Below the pieces are notes generated by a model. It was not told the DNA's origin and did not search any database. It saw only the letters and a program-made list of their open reading frames with translations. Shown in pieces: positions 34,157 through 43,905 of a stretch of DNA of 64,000 nt. The number at the start of each line of letters is the position of its first letter. Position 1 is the stretch's first letter. Source of the stretch: Candidatus Aphodovivens excrementavium (lineage in GTDB: Bacteria > Actinomycetota > Coriobacteriia > Coriobacteriales > Eggerthellaceae); the NCBI GenBank assembly GCA_018715935.1, contig DVKR01000017.1, positions 4,125 to 68,124 of the forward strand, read 5' to 3'. Position numbers and translations under genes: made by a program.

Positions 34157-35473
34157 ATGCGCCAGCTCAACATCCCCGATTTCGAAATCATGTCACCCGA
34201 AGAGCGGCGTCGTGCGGTTAACGCGCGACGTAGGTTTTTGGGCGTGTGGACGTGCGTTGGCGGCATTTTGCTTGCGGCGGTGGTAATTTATCTGCTCAAT
34301 ATTCTGTCGGCGCCCATGGGCGTCGTCATTTGGGCCACCATCATCGTGTTCTGCCTGCGCGGTATTGTGAACGGCCTGGAGAAAAGGGGCGTTAACCGCG
34401 GCATAGGAACCGCCATTGCCTACCTGATCATGTTTGCGGTGCTCGGCGCGCTTTCTTTCTTGATGTTCTCGCCGATGTTTGGCTTTGGCGGCCAGTTCGC
34501 CAATTTGCTTGAAAGCATCCCCGGCTATGTGCAAAGCGTCATCGACTGGGGCAACAAGATCTACTACCAGTACTCCGATCTTTTTGAAAACGAGAGCGTT
34601 CGCCAGGGCATAAACGACGTGTTGGCGGCGCTGGGCAGCTGGGCAACCACGTTTGCGAGCGAGGGGGCCTCAAGCGCCATCGGCATCGGCGCCGGGGTTG
34701 CCAACAGCTTTGTTGCCATCGGCTTTGGCTTGGTGGTTGCCTTCTGGATTCTGATGGAGCTGCCGGCGCTCGGGCGCGAATGCAAACGGCTCGCTGGGCC
34801 TAAACGCCAAGAAGATCTTGAGATGCTTCACGTCACTTTCACGCGGGTGATGGGCGGCTACATCAAGGCGACGCTGGTGCAGTGCGCCATCATCGGCATC
34901 GGCTGCTGCATCTGCTTTGCCCTGGTTGGCATTCCCAACTATGCGGCGCTGGGCATTATCGCAGGCTTGCTGAACATCATTCCGGTAGTTGGTCCGTGGC
35001 TTGGCGGTGCGCTGGCGGCAGTGGTCGGCGTGTTCGTGAGCCCGCTCGCCGCCGTTATCGCACTATTGGGAACCATTGCCATTCAGCAGATCGTCTACAC
35101 GTTCGTCTCGCCCAAAATCATGGCAGACTCGGTGGACGTCCATCCCGCGCTTACGCTTATCACGTTGCTTGCAGGCTCTGCCATCGGCGGCGCGATGAGC
35201 GGGTTTGTAGGCTCGATATTTGGCATGTTGGTGGCAATTCCCGCCGTTGCGGTGGCAAAGGCCGTTTTCGTGTATTATTTCGAGAAACGCACAGGCAGAC
35301 AGCTTGTTGCCGAGGACGGCGTCTTCTTCAAGGGAACGCCCGCCGAAAGCGAGCGAGTGGATCCTTTGGGGGACGTGGCGGCGCCGCATCCCGATGCCAC
35401 CGGCTCGATGCAGCGCATTCAGGAACGCAAAGAACAAGCGGCCAAAAGGCGCCAGGGTCGTCGGCGACGGTAG
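34157..35473 (+). CDS. AI-2E family transporter (PerM/UPF0118)
   Basis: About 8 TM segments with the characteristic layout (..LLNIIPVVGPWLGG.., ..HPALTLI..). Confidence 0.8.
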   Translation: MRQLNIPDFEIMSPEERRRAVNARRRFLGVWTCVGGILLAAVVIYLLNILSAPMGVVIWATIIVFCLRGIVNGLEKRGVNRGIGTAIAYLIMFAVLGALSFLMFSPMFGFGGQFANLLESIPGYVQSVIDWGNKIYYQYSDLFENESVRQGINDVLAALGSWATTFASEGASSAIGIGAGVANSFVAIGFGLVVAFWILMELPALGRECKRLAGPKRQEDLEMLHVTFTRVMGGYIKATLVQCAIIGIGCCICFALVGIPNYAALGIIAGLLNIIPVVGPWLGGALAAVVGVFVSPLAAVIALLGTIAIQQIVYTFVSPKIMADSVDVHPALTLITLLAGSAIGGAMSGFVGSIFGMLVAIPAVAVAKAVFVYYFEKRTGRQLVAEDGVFFKGTPAESERVDPLGDVAAPHPDATGSMQRIQERKEQAAKRRQGRRRR

Positions 35474-35497
35474 GTCTGCTCTTTTTGGTGTTTCATT

Positions 35498-35526
35498 CCG
35501 CCCGGTTTGGCCGCCGGGCGGTTTTA
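35498..35526 (+). terminator. Intrinsic terminator upstream of alaS
   Basis: ccgcccgg (35498-505) pairs with ccgggcgg (35514-521), followed by tttta. Confidence 0.7.
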
Positions 35527-35610
35527 TGATGAGGGCATGCCGTAGAATAGGGCAGTGCTAAAGGAGGACGGCGCACGTGCGCCAACAAAGTGAAAAGGTA
35601 CGATGCGAGA

Positions 35611-38250
35611 ATGAAGTACATGACCACGGCGGAAATCCGCGAGAAATACCTGAAGTTCTTCGAGGAGAAGGGCTGCAAGCGCATGCCTTCTTCCTCGCTG
35701 ATTCCCGACGACCCCAGCCTGCTGCTTACAAGCGCGGGCATGGTGCAGTTCAAGCCGTACTTTCTGCATACCAAAGAGCTTGATCCGGCTTACGTTGGCA
35801 CCACTACGGTGCAGAAGTGCGTGCGCACCAACGACATCGATATCATCGGCACCACTGGCCGTCATCTGAGCTTCTTCGAAATGCTGGGCAACTTCAGCTT
35901 TGGCAAGTATTTCAAAAAGGAGATGTGCGCCTGGGCACTGGAGTTTTCCACCGAGGTTTTGGAACTGCCGCTCGAGAGGCTGTATTTCACCGTGTTCGAA
36001 GACGACGACGAGACCATCGAGATTTGGAAGAGCCTCGGCGTTGCCGAAGACCATATTTCCCGCTTGGGCGAAGACGACAATTTCTGGCGCGCCGGCCCCA
36101 CCGGCCCGTGCGGTCCGTGCTCCGAGCTCTACTTCGACCAAGGCCCCGAGGTGGGGTGCGGTAAGCCCGACTGCAAGCCGGGATGCGACTGCGACCGCTT
36201 CCTGGAGTATTGGAACTGCGTGTTCACCCAGTTCGATGGCCAGGAAGACGGCACGCTCGCGCCGCTGAAGACGAAAAACATCGACACCGGCATGGGGCTT
36301 GAGCGCATTGCCGCCATCATGCAGGGCGTAACCAACAACTACGACACCGACGTGCTGCGCGGCTTGGTGGCGGTGGGCGAGAAACTGTCGGGCAAGGTCT
36401 ACAAAACCGATGCGGCAGCCGACCTTTCACTGCGCATCGTTGCGGACCACAGCCGTTCGGTAACGTTTATGATTGCCGACGGCATTCTGCCTTCCAACGA
36501 AGGTCGCGGCTATGTGCTGCGCCGCCTGCTGCGCCGCGCGGTGATGCACGGCCACAAACTGGGCATCGAAGGTCCGTTCCTCAAGCACTACATCGACGCC
36601 ATCATCGGCGAGATGGGCGATGTGTATCCTGAAATCGTCGACAACCGCGAGCTGGTGGAGCGTGTGGTTTTGTCCGAGGAGGAGCGTTTCGGCGCCACGC
36701 TGCGCCAAGGCCAGGCCTATCTGGACGACGCGCTTTCCAAGCTCGAGGGGACTGTGCTTTCCGGCGAGGCCGCCTTTACCCTGCACGACACCTACGGCTT
36801 CCCGATCGAGATCACCGAGGAGATCTGCGCCGAGCACGGCATCGCGGTCGACCATGACGAATTCGACGTTTGCATGGAGCAGCAGCGCGCCCGCGCCCGC
36901 GCCGCCACTAAAGACGACGCCGAGGCGGCTTGGAGCACCTACGGCGGCGTGCACGCCGACGTTCTGAAGGAGGTTGGCGCTACTGAGTTCACCGGCTACG
37001 GAGAGTTAGTGCGCAAGGCGACGGTTGTCGCGCTCATCAAGGACGGAGCTCGGGTGAACGAGCTTGCCGCTGGCGATGAGGGCGAGATTGTGCTTAACGC
37101 CACTCCGTTCTACGCCGAGATGGGTGGCGAGGTGGGCGATACCGGCGCCATCGCATCCGAAAGCGGGTTTGTGGCCGACGTCGTTGACACCAAGGCTCCC
37201 GAGAAGGGGCTTGTATGCCATATGGTGAAGGTTCTTGATGGCGCGGTGTCTGCGGGGGACGCTGTTACCGCAGCGGTAGAGGCAAAGCGCCGTGCTCGCA
37301 TCACGCGTAACCACACCGCTACGCATATCCTTCATGCGGCGTTGCGCCAAGTGCTCGGCGACCACGTTAAACAGGCGGGGTCTTACGTTGGCCCGGATCG
37401 CCTGCGTTTCGACTTCACCCATTTCGAGGCCACTGCGCCTGAACAGCTTGCCGAGATCGAGCGCGTTGCCAACGAAGAGATCATGGCGGCTATCCCCATG
37501 AACATCTACGAGACCTCGCTCGACGAAGCGCGTGCCTCGGGCGTTACCGCGCTGTTTGGCGAGAAATACGGCGACACCGTGCGCGTTGTTGAGGCGGGCG
37601 AATTCTCCCGCGAGCTGTGCGGCGGCTGCCATGTGTCCAACACGGCGGAAATCGGCTTCGTGAAGATCGTTTCCGAGTCGAGTGTAGGCGCGAACCTGCG
37701 CCGCATCGAGGCGGTAACCAGCTACGATGCGCTTGCTTACATGAATCGCATCGAGGCGGAGCTTAAAGAGGCCGCTTCGGAGCTGAAGGTGCCGCTGTTC
37801 GACGTCTCCGAGCGCACTGCCTCCAACCTGGCTGCTATAAAGGATTTCGAACAAAAGCAGAAGGCCAACAAGCAGCGCGCGGCCGAAGGCAGCATGGAAG
37901 AGCATCTGAAAGACGTCGTGGATGCCGCTGCGGGCTACCCGGTGGTCGTTACGCGCATTGACGGGTTGGACACCGGCGGCTTGCGCAATGCATGGGATAT
38001 CTTGCGCGCGCGTTTGCCCAAGCCGGGCGCGTGCGTTATCGGCACGGTCAACGACGACAAGCCGGTCATCATGGCGGCGGGTACCGACGAGGCGGTGGCA
38101 GCCGGATTCAACGCGGGCGCTCTTATTAAGGCTATTGCCGGCAGCATCAAGGGCGGCGGCGGCGGAAAGCCCACCATGGCTCAGGCGGGAGGCAAGGACG
38201 CTTCGGGCATCGACGCAGCGCTTGATGCCGCGCGGACGATGCTGCAGTAA
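35611..38250 (+). CDS. alaS: Alanine--tRNA ligase
   Basis: TTAEIREKYLKFFEEKGC..MPSSSLIP.DDPSLLLTSAGMVQFKPYF, plus the editing-domain HTATHILHAALRQVLG and CGGCHV, and a DHHA1-like C-terminus. ATG 35611 was chosen; GTG 35590 and ATG 35620 are also possible. Confidence 0.95.
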   Translation: MKYMTTAEIREKYLKFFEEKGCKRMPSSSLIPDDPSLLLTSAGMVQFKPYFLHTKELDPAYVGTTTVQKCVRTNDIDIIGTTGRHLSFFEMLGNFSFGKYFKKEMCAWALEFSTEVLELPLERLYFTVFEDDDETIEIWKSLGVAEDHISRLGEDDNFWRAGPTGPCGPCSELYFDQGPEVGCGKPDCKPGCDCDRFLEYWNCVFTQFDGQEDGTLAPLKTKNIDTGMGLERIAAIMQGVTNNYDTDVLRGLVAVGEKLSGKVYKTDAAADLSLRIVADHSRSVTFMIADGILPSNEGRGYVLRRLLRRAVMHGHKLGIEGPFLKHYIDAIIGEMGDVYPEIVDNRELVERVVLSEEERFGATLRQGQAYLDDALSKLEGTVLSGEAAFTLHDTYGFPIEITEEICAEHGIAVDHDEFDVCMEQQRARARAATKDDAEAAWSTYGGVHADVLKEVGATEFTGYGELVRKATVVALIKDGARVNELAAGDEGEIVLNATPFYAEMGGEVGDTGAIASESGFVADVVDTKAPEKGLVCHMVKVLDGAVSAGDAVTAAVEAKRRARITRNHTATHILHAALRQVLGDHVKQAGSYVGPDRLRFDFTHFEATAPEQLAEIERVANEEIMAAIPMNIYETSLDEARASGVTALFGEKYGDTVRVVEAGEFSRELCGGCHVSNTAEIGFVKIVSESSVGANLRRIEAVTSYDALAYMNRIEAELKEAASELKVPLFDVSERTASNLAAIKDFEQKQKANKQRAAEGSMEEHLKDVVDAAAGYPVVVTRIDGLDTGGLRNAWDILRARLPKPGACVIGTVNDDKPVIMAAGTDEAVAAGFNAGALIKAIAGSIKGGGGGKPTMAQAGGKDASGIDAALDAARTMLQ

Positions 38251-38344
38251 CGCTTGCAGGCAGCGGGGGAGCCTTGCCGTTTGGCCCGAAGCCAAGCGGC
38301 AAGGCTTTTTTGTTCAGGGGAGCCCGGCGGAAAGGAGCGCGACA

Positions 38345-38767
38345 ATGCGCGTGTTGGCACTGGATATCGGAGAGGTTCGCGTGGGCATTGCCGTAAGCGA
38401 TGCGCTGCAACGCGTGGCGTCGCCTGTGTGCGTGCTACCGGCCAACGAAGTGCTCGCATGCGCAAAAACGTTTCGACGCGTGCTTGAGGATTGGGAGCCC
38501 GAGCTTTTGGTGTGCGGGTTGCCCTACACCCTTTCGGGAGAGGAGGGGCCGCAAGCTCAGAGGATTCGCAAAGCGGCAGACGCCATCTCGCGCTCCTGTG
38601 GCATCCCGCACGAGTTCGCCGACGAGCGTTTAAGTTCGGCTGAAGCGAAACGGAGTTTGCGTGAAAAGGGACTGAGCGAGCGAGAGATGCGCGGTAAAGT
38701 GGATATGATAGCGGCAAGTGTGTTCTTGCAGGCGTGGCTCGATGCCCGTCGTATCTCTGACCAATAA
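38345..38767 (+). CDS. ruvX: Holliday junction resolvase-like nuclease RuvX (YqgF)
   Basis: MRVLALDIGEVRVGIAVSD......P..VL.........FRRVLEDWEPELLVCGLPYTLSGEEGPQAQ.....A......G.P..F.DERLSS.EA. Confidence 0.9.
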   Translation: MRVLALDIGEVRVGIAVSDALQRVASPVCVLPANEVLACAKTFRRVLEDWEPELLVCGLPYTLSGEEGPQAQRIRKAADAISRSCGIPHEFADERLSSAEAKRSLREKGLSEREMRGKVDMIAASVFLQAWLDARRISDQ

Positions 38768-38776
38768 GGAGTTTTC

Positions 38777-39931
38777 ATGCCCTTGCGGAAACGGCAGATA
38801 ACGTATTCCCAGCGTCCGAATCACGCTGCTCGTGCTGCACATGCCCGAGGCGACAAGATGTTTCGCACCTATGATACGAGCTTTATCCGCCCGAAACGGA
38901 GCAAGGCTCCCACGGTTGTTGCGCTTATTGTCGCGCTGGTAGTGATGGTTGCCGCTATTTTTGGCATCGTGACGCTGGTGAGGGGCTGTTCTGCCCCCAC
39001 GCTGGCAGAAGGCCAGACGGTGCAAATCGAAGTGGCGGAAGGCTCGGGCGCCTCTGCTATCGGCGATCAGCTGGTTGAGGCAGGCGTTGTGGGCAATGCA
39101 GGCGACTTCACCGCAAAGGTCGGCGAGATGAATGCCGGAACGCAGCTAAAGCCCGGCACGTACGAGTTCACGGGCGGCATGTCGACCGAAGAGGTGGTGA
39201 ACCTTTTGGTGAGCGGCCCCAATGTGTTCGAGGGGGGTCTCACCGTCCCCGAGGGCTACACGCTCGAGCAGATCGCGCAAGCAGTCGAGCAGGCAACCGA
39301 CGGGCGCATTGCAGCTGCCGATTTCGTTTCCGCAGCTTCGGACGCCAGCGTCTACGCAAGTGAGTTCTCGTTCCTTGAGGGCGCCGGCACGGCAAGCCTT
39401 GAGGGCTTTCTGTTCCCAAAGACCTACGAAGTAGCCGATGATGCCACTGCCGATTCGCTCATTCGCCTGATGTTGCAGCAATTCCAAACGGAAACGGCGT
39501 CGCTTGACTGGACGTATCCGGAAAACCAAGGTCTGAACCTCTACGAGGCGGTAACGCTTGCCTCCATTGTGGAGAAGGAATGCACTGCCGACCCGTCCAT
39601 CCGCTCGCAGGTTGCGTCAGTGTTCTATAACCGCCTGGGCAACGACGGCGAGCCTACCTATGGCATGCTGCAAAGCGACGCGACGACCGCATACGAACTG
39701 GGGCACGAGCCTACGCCCGCCGATCTGGAAACCCCCAGCGACTACAACACCTACACGAACAAGGGGCTAACCCCCACTCCCATTTGCTCGCCGAGCTTGG
39801 AATGTCTGCAGGCAGTGTGCGCTCCCGATGAAACGAACTACTACTTCTTCTACTTTGGCGAAGATGAAGATGGCAACATGCAGTGCTATTTCTCGGAGAC
39901 GTACGAAGATCACATGCAGACGTTCTCGTAG
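38777..39931 (+). CDS. mltG: Endolytic murein transglycosylase MltG (YceG-like)
   Basis: N-terminal TM segment, then LKPGTYEF, GLTVPEGYTLEQIA, LEGFLFPKTYEV, LASIVEKE, VASVFYNRL, LQSDATTAY, YNTYTNKGLTPTPICSPS. Confidence 0.9.
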   Translation: MPLRKRQITYSQRPNHAARAAHARGDKMFRTYDTSFIRPKRSKAPTVVALIVALVVMVAAIFGIVTLVRGCSAPTLAEGQTVQIEVAEGSGASAIGDQLVEAGVVGNAGDFTAKVGEMNAGTQLKPGTYEFTGGMSTEEVVNLLVSGPNVFEGGLTVPEGYTLEQIAQAVEQATDGRIAAADFVSAASDASVYASEFSFLEGAGTASLEGFLFPKTYEVADDATADSLIRLMLQQFQTETASLDWTYPENQGLNLYEAVTLASIVEKECTADPSIRSQVASVFYNRLGNDGEPTYGMLQSDATTAYELGHEPTPADLETPSDYNTYTNKGLTPTPICSPSLECLQAVCAPDETNYYFFYFGEDEDGNMQCYFSETYEDHMQTFS

Positions 39932-40029
39932 GAATATCCGTCTAAAGCCGAAAGGAACGCGCCCGCTGGCCGGGATGGGGCAAAGGCTGCATCCGAACGA
40001 GACAGGCGAGTGCGTGAAAGCAGTGAAGC

Positions 40030-40602
40030 ATGCCATTTCTTAAACCGGATAGATACTTTTCGCGAATAACGCGCATCGATATCGAACGCGATTTGCTTGA
40101 CTGCGGGTTTACCTCGGTGCTGATGGACATAGACAACACCATCCTCACGCGCGATACGCACGAGGTCCCTCACGACGTGGGCGTATGGCTGGCAAAGGCG
40201 CGCAGCGCGGGGCTGCGATTTTGCTTGGTGTCCAACAACTGGCATGAGGGGGTTTACCAGCTTGCAGAGCGCCTGGAGCTTCCCATCGTGGCAAAGGCCA
40301 TAAAGCCCCTGCCTCCCGCCTTTTTGATGGCGCTTCACAAGATTCAGGCTAAGCGCGCCACTACGGTGGTTATCGGCGACCAGTTGGTTACCGACGTACT
40401 AGGGGCTCATTTTCTGGGGATGAAGGCCTATTTGTTGCAGCCCTTGGTTGAGCAGGATTTGCCCCACACGCTTATGCTGCGCCATTTCGAGCGATTGGTG
40501 ATGGGCAATGCCAAGCCGGAGGAAACGCCCCAGACGGCAGCTGCGCCAACTCAGACGGCAGCTGCGCCAACTGCCACACAGGTTACAGAGGGCGATCGAT
40601 AA
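40030..40602 (+). CDS. yqeG: YqeG-family HAD-IIIA phosphatase
   Basis: VLMDIDNTIL...LVSNN.......A..L.LP.VAKA.KPL..AF..AL........TVVIGDQL.TDVLGA...GM.AYLLQPL. The 3' end contains a perfect 21-bp duplication (40531-40572). Confidence 0.8.
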   Translation: MPFLKPDRYFSRITRIDIERDLLDCGFTSVLMDIDNTILTRDTHEVPHDVGVWLAKARSAGLRFCLVSNNWHEGVYQLAERLELPIVAKAIKPLPPAFLMALHKIQAKRATTVVIGDQLVTDVLGAHFLGMKAYLLQPLVEQDLPHTLMLRHFERLVMGNAKPEETPQTAAAPTQTAAAPTATQVTEGDR

Positions 40603-41492
40603 TGCGCGCGCAGCATCTCTACCTGCTGGGACATCCGGTTGGGCATTCGAAATCGGCGGTCATGTACAACGCGGTCTATGAAAAGCTCGGCTTGCCATGG
40701 CACTACGAACTTTTGGATTGCGCTTCCGAACAGGAAGCGCGCACCGTGCTCGAGCAGCGCGATTTTCTTTCGGTGAATATCACTACGCCTTACAAGCCGC
40801 TGGCGTATGAGGCTGCCGACGAGCGCAGCGCGACGGCGGAGCTCGTGGACGGCGTAAACGTGCTGGTTAATTGCGATGGCCGCCTGGTTGCCCACAACAC
40901 CGACGGGGCGGGCTGCGTGAGTTTTTTGCAGCGTTCAGGCTTCGACTTCAGCCGCAAGCTCGTTGCGGTGTGCGGCACCGGCCCTACTGCGTTGTCGGTC
41001 TTGACGGCGTGCGCGCGGCTCGGCTCGTGCAAAGTGCTGCTGCTAAGCCGCGATGCGCAGCATGCGCGCGACGTTCTCGCGCGCTGGAGCGAGCGCGAAG
41101 CCGCGTTGGGAGACAGGAGCGGTGCGCGAACCCGTGCCGGATCGATGACCCCTGCCGCCTACAAGGACGCCGCAGGCCGCATTTCCCAAGCCGATCTGGT
41201 GATAAACGCCACTCCTTTAGGTATGCGTGCCGGCGATCCGGCGCCTTTTGACACGTCGGTGCTTCGCGAAGGGCAGTGGGTGTTTGACTGCGTGTACGGT
41301 CACGGCGAAACGGCGCTTGTTGCCGGCGGCCGCGCTGCGGGCTGCCGCACGTTTGACGGGGCGGGCATGCTTGTCGGTCAGGCGGTGGAAACGGTGCGCA
41401 TTCTCGAGTGCGCAACGAATCTTGCGTTCGGCCTGAGCAACGAGGACCTGTTTGGCGTCATGGCAGAGGCGGCGGGGTTTTCGCTGGAGTAA
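40602..41492 (+). CDS. aroE: Shikimate dehydrogenase
   Basis: LLGHPVGHSKSAVMYNAVYEKLGLPWHYELLD, NITTPYK, NTDGAGC, GTGPTA. TAATG overlap with yqeG. Confidence 0.9.
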   Translation: MRAQHLYLLGHPVGHSKSAVMYNAVYEKLGLPWHYELLDCASEQEARTVLEQRDFLSVNITTPYKPLAYEAADERSATAELVDGVNVLVNCDGRLVAHNTDGAGCVSFLQRSGFDFSRKLVAVCGTGPTALSVLTACARLGSCKVLLLSRDAQHARDVLARWSEREAALGDRSGARTRAGSMTPAAYKDAAGRISQADLVINATPLGMRAGDPAPFDTSVLREGQWVFDCVYGHGETALVAGGRAAGCRTFDGAGMLVGQAVETVRILECATNLAFGLSNEDLFGVMAEAAGFSLE

Positions 41493-41513
41493 ATGACGGG
41501 GAGAAGGGGCGTT

Positions 41514-41939
41514 ATGTACGGTCTGAAAACGGAAGCCGCGTTCGATTCGGCTCATTTTCTCGCCGATTACTACGGCAAATGCGAAAACCTGCATGGGCAT
41601 CGTTGGCGCATGGTGGTGTATCTGGAGCAAGCAGAACTGCAAAAGGAAGACACTATGCGCGACATGGTGCTTGACTTCGGCGTGTTCAAAAAAGCCGTTC
41701 GTGCATTGGCAGAAGAGCTTGACCACACGTTTTTGGTGGAAGAGGGAACCTTGAAGCCGTCCACCATTGCCGCTTTGGAAAGCGAAGGCTTTACGCTCAC
41801 CATCCTTCCGTTCCGCACCACCGCAGAGAATCTGGCACGCTATGTTTGCGCGCGCCTGAGCAGCGAGGGACTGCCGGTGAGTCAAGTTGACATGTACGAA
41901 ACGCCCAACAACTGCGCCATCTACCGTCCCGAGCGCTAA
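41514..41939 (+). CDS. queD: 6-carboxy-5,6,7,8-tetrahydropterin synthase
   Basis: FDSAHFLADYYGKCENLHGHRWRMVVYLE...MVLDFG.FK.....L.EELDH.FL. The ATG at 41514 follows GGGAGAAGGGG. Confidence 0.85.
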   Translation: MYGLKTEAAFDSAHFLADYYGKCENLHGHRWRMVVYLEQAELQKEDTMRDMVLDFGVFKKAVRALAEELDHTFLVEEGTLKPSTIAALESEGFTLTILPFRTTAENLARYVCARLSSEGLPVSQVDMYETPNNCAIYRPER

Positions 41940-42033
41940 GGCGGGCGTGTCTGCTTAAAGCGGTTACTCTTTCGTAACATCGGCTGGGGTACAATACCCG
42001 ACGTATGTTCACACGTTAGGGGAGGATGCCCAC

Positions 42034-43206
42034 ATGCGTTACTTCACAGCCGGAGAAAGCCATGGCCAGGAGCTTACTGCCATCGTCGAAGGTGTTCCGG
42101 CGGGTCTTCGGGTGTCCGAGGAGCAGATAAACACCGATCTTGCGCGGCGCCAATCCGGCTATGGCCGCGGCGGACGCCAAGCCATTGAGCATGATACCGT
42201 CAGGGTGACGGCAGGCATTCGCTTTGGGCGCACGCTGGGTTCTCCCGTTGCGCTGGTGGTGCGCAATCGCGATTGGGAGAATTGGGAAGAGCGCATGGCT
42301 CCTTTCGGCGAGCCCCCTGCGAGCCTGATACGCGAGGTGACGCCGCGTCCCGGTCATGCCGATTTGGTGGGCGCGCTCAAAACCGACACCGACGACTGCC
42401 GCAATATCCTTGAGCGGGCGAGCGCGCGCGAAACGGCGGCGCGCGTTGCGGCGTCGGGAATCCCGCGCGAGTTTTTGGCGGAGTTGGGCGTGGAAGTGCT
42501 TTCCTATGTCACCTCCATCGGCGATGCCGCCATGAAGGAAACCGATCCGCTTGCAGCTGCGGCTCAGTACAAGCCGCTCGACATCGAGCTTTCCGAGGTC
42601 CGCTGCCCCGACTCTGCGGCGACGCGTGCCATGAAGCGCGCTATCGACGAAGCGAAGGAGAAGCGCGACACGCTCGGCGGCACGTTTCGCGTGGTGGTAA
42701 AGGGGCTCGTTCCGGGCGTTGGCGGGTATGCTACGGGTGCCGACAGGCTGACGTCAAAGCTCGGAGCTGCAATTTTGTCTATTCCTGCTATCAAAGGCGT
42801 CGAGTTCGGACTGGGCTTTCGTGCCGCGCAACTGCCGGGGTCGAAGGTTCATGACGAGATCCTGTTGGATCCTAAACGTGGGTTTACGCGTTCGGGAAAC
42901 AACGCGGGAGGGCTCGAGGGAGGCATGACCACCGGCCTGCCGCTCGTTGTTACGGCAGCGATGAAGCCCATTGCGACCTTGATGCAGCCGTTGGGCACGG
43001 TTGACCTCGATACTCTTGAGCCAGCGGAGGCGTTCAAAGAGCGCAGCGACGTGTGCGCCGTGCCCGCCGCCGCAGTAATCGCCGAGGCGGAGGTTGCGTT
43101 TGTGCTGGCAGACGCGTATCTGAAAAAGTTCGGATGCGACAACATGACCGACATCAAGGCAGCGGTGCGTGCCTATAAGCAGCGTCTGCGTACGGCGTCG
43201 AGGTAG
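42034..43206 (+). CDS. aroC: Chorismate synthase
   Basis: MRYFTAGESHGQELTAIVEGVPAGL, GRGGRQAIE.D.V....G.R.G.TLGSP, RPGHAD, ERASARETAARVAA. Confidence 0.95.
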   Translation: MRYFTAGESHGQELTAIVEGVPAGLRVSEEQINTDLARRQSGYGRGGRQAIEHDTVRVTAGIRFGRTLGSPVALVVRNRDWENWEERMAPFGEPPASLIREVTPRPGHADLVGALKTDTDDCRNILERASARETAARVAASGIPREFLAELGVEVLSYVTSIGDAAMKETDPLAAAAQYKPLDIELSEVRCPDSAATRAMKRAIDEAKEKRDTLGGTFRVVVKGLVPGVGGYATGADRLTSKLGAAILSIPAIKGVEFGLGFRAAQLPGSKVHDEILLDPKRGFTRSGNNAGGLEGGMTTGLPLVVTAAMKPIATLMQPLGTVDLDTLEPAEAFKERSDVCAVPAAAVIAEAEVAFVLADAYLKKFGCDNMTDIKAAVRAYKQRLRTASR

Positions 43207-43209
43207 GAT

Positions 43210-43905
43210 ATGTCCGACGCTTCTCGCAGTTCGCGCCGCAGCGCGCGCAATAAGGGAAACACGCCTGGCGGGCAAGGGCAGGGCAAAGCCAAAGCTCATG
43301 GCGGGCAAACGCACGGTAAACCCAAAGCGCCTGGCGGGCAAACGCAGGGCGCGCGTAGCGCAAAGCGCATACCTTGCACCCTTGCAAGACCCGTGTTCTT
43401 CGTTGGATTTATGGGCGCGGGCAAAACGTCGGTGTCGCGCCGGCTTGCACGGCTGTGCGGCGTTTCCTCTATCGACATGGATTCCTACATCGAGCGACGT
43501 GAAGACATGCGCATCCGCGACATGTTCGCCGCCTACGGCGAAGAGCACTTCCGCGATGTGGAAACGCAGGTGCTGCGCGAGATAACGCAGGGGGAGCCTG
43601 CGCTGGTGTCGTGCGGAGGAGGCGTGGTGCTGCGCGAGGAAAACCGCGAGTTGCTGCGCAGTGGCGGCTTCGTGGTGTTTCTGAAAGTGGAAGCAGACGA
43701 AGCGAAATCGCGCATTAGCGATCCGACCACGCGCCCTTTGCTGGGAGATGCGGAGGCGGCGCGAAAAACGAATGCCGAGCGACTTCCGTTGTATGAGGAG
43801 GTTGCCGACCTTACGGTTGACACGTCGGGCAAAGGCGTTACGGCGCTTGCCTATAAAATACAGTCTCTTTTGGAAAGAGAAGGTGTGCTGTGGCGACGAA
43901 AATAG
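43210..43905 (+). CDS. aroK: Shikimate kinase with a ~55-aa basic Gly/Lys/Gln repeat N-terminal extension
   Basis: The core reads FFVGFMGAGKTSVSRRLARL......D.D..IE.......I.D.F...GE..FR..E...L.E......VS.GGG. The extension reads SRRSARNKGNTPGGQGQGKAKAHGGQTHGKPKAPGGQTQGARS. Confidence 0.9.
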   Translation: MSDASRSSRRSARNKGNTPGGQGQGKAKAHGGQTHGKPKAPGGQTQGARSAKRIPCTLARPVFFVGFMGAGKTSVSRRLARLCGVSSIDMDSYIERREDMRIRDMFAAYGEEHFRDVETQVLREITQGEPALVSCGGGVVLREENRELLRSGGFVVFLKVEADEAKSRISDPTTRPLLGDAEAARKTNAERLPLYEEVADLTVDTSGKGVTALAYKIQSLLEREGVLWRRK

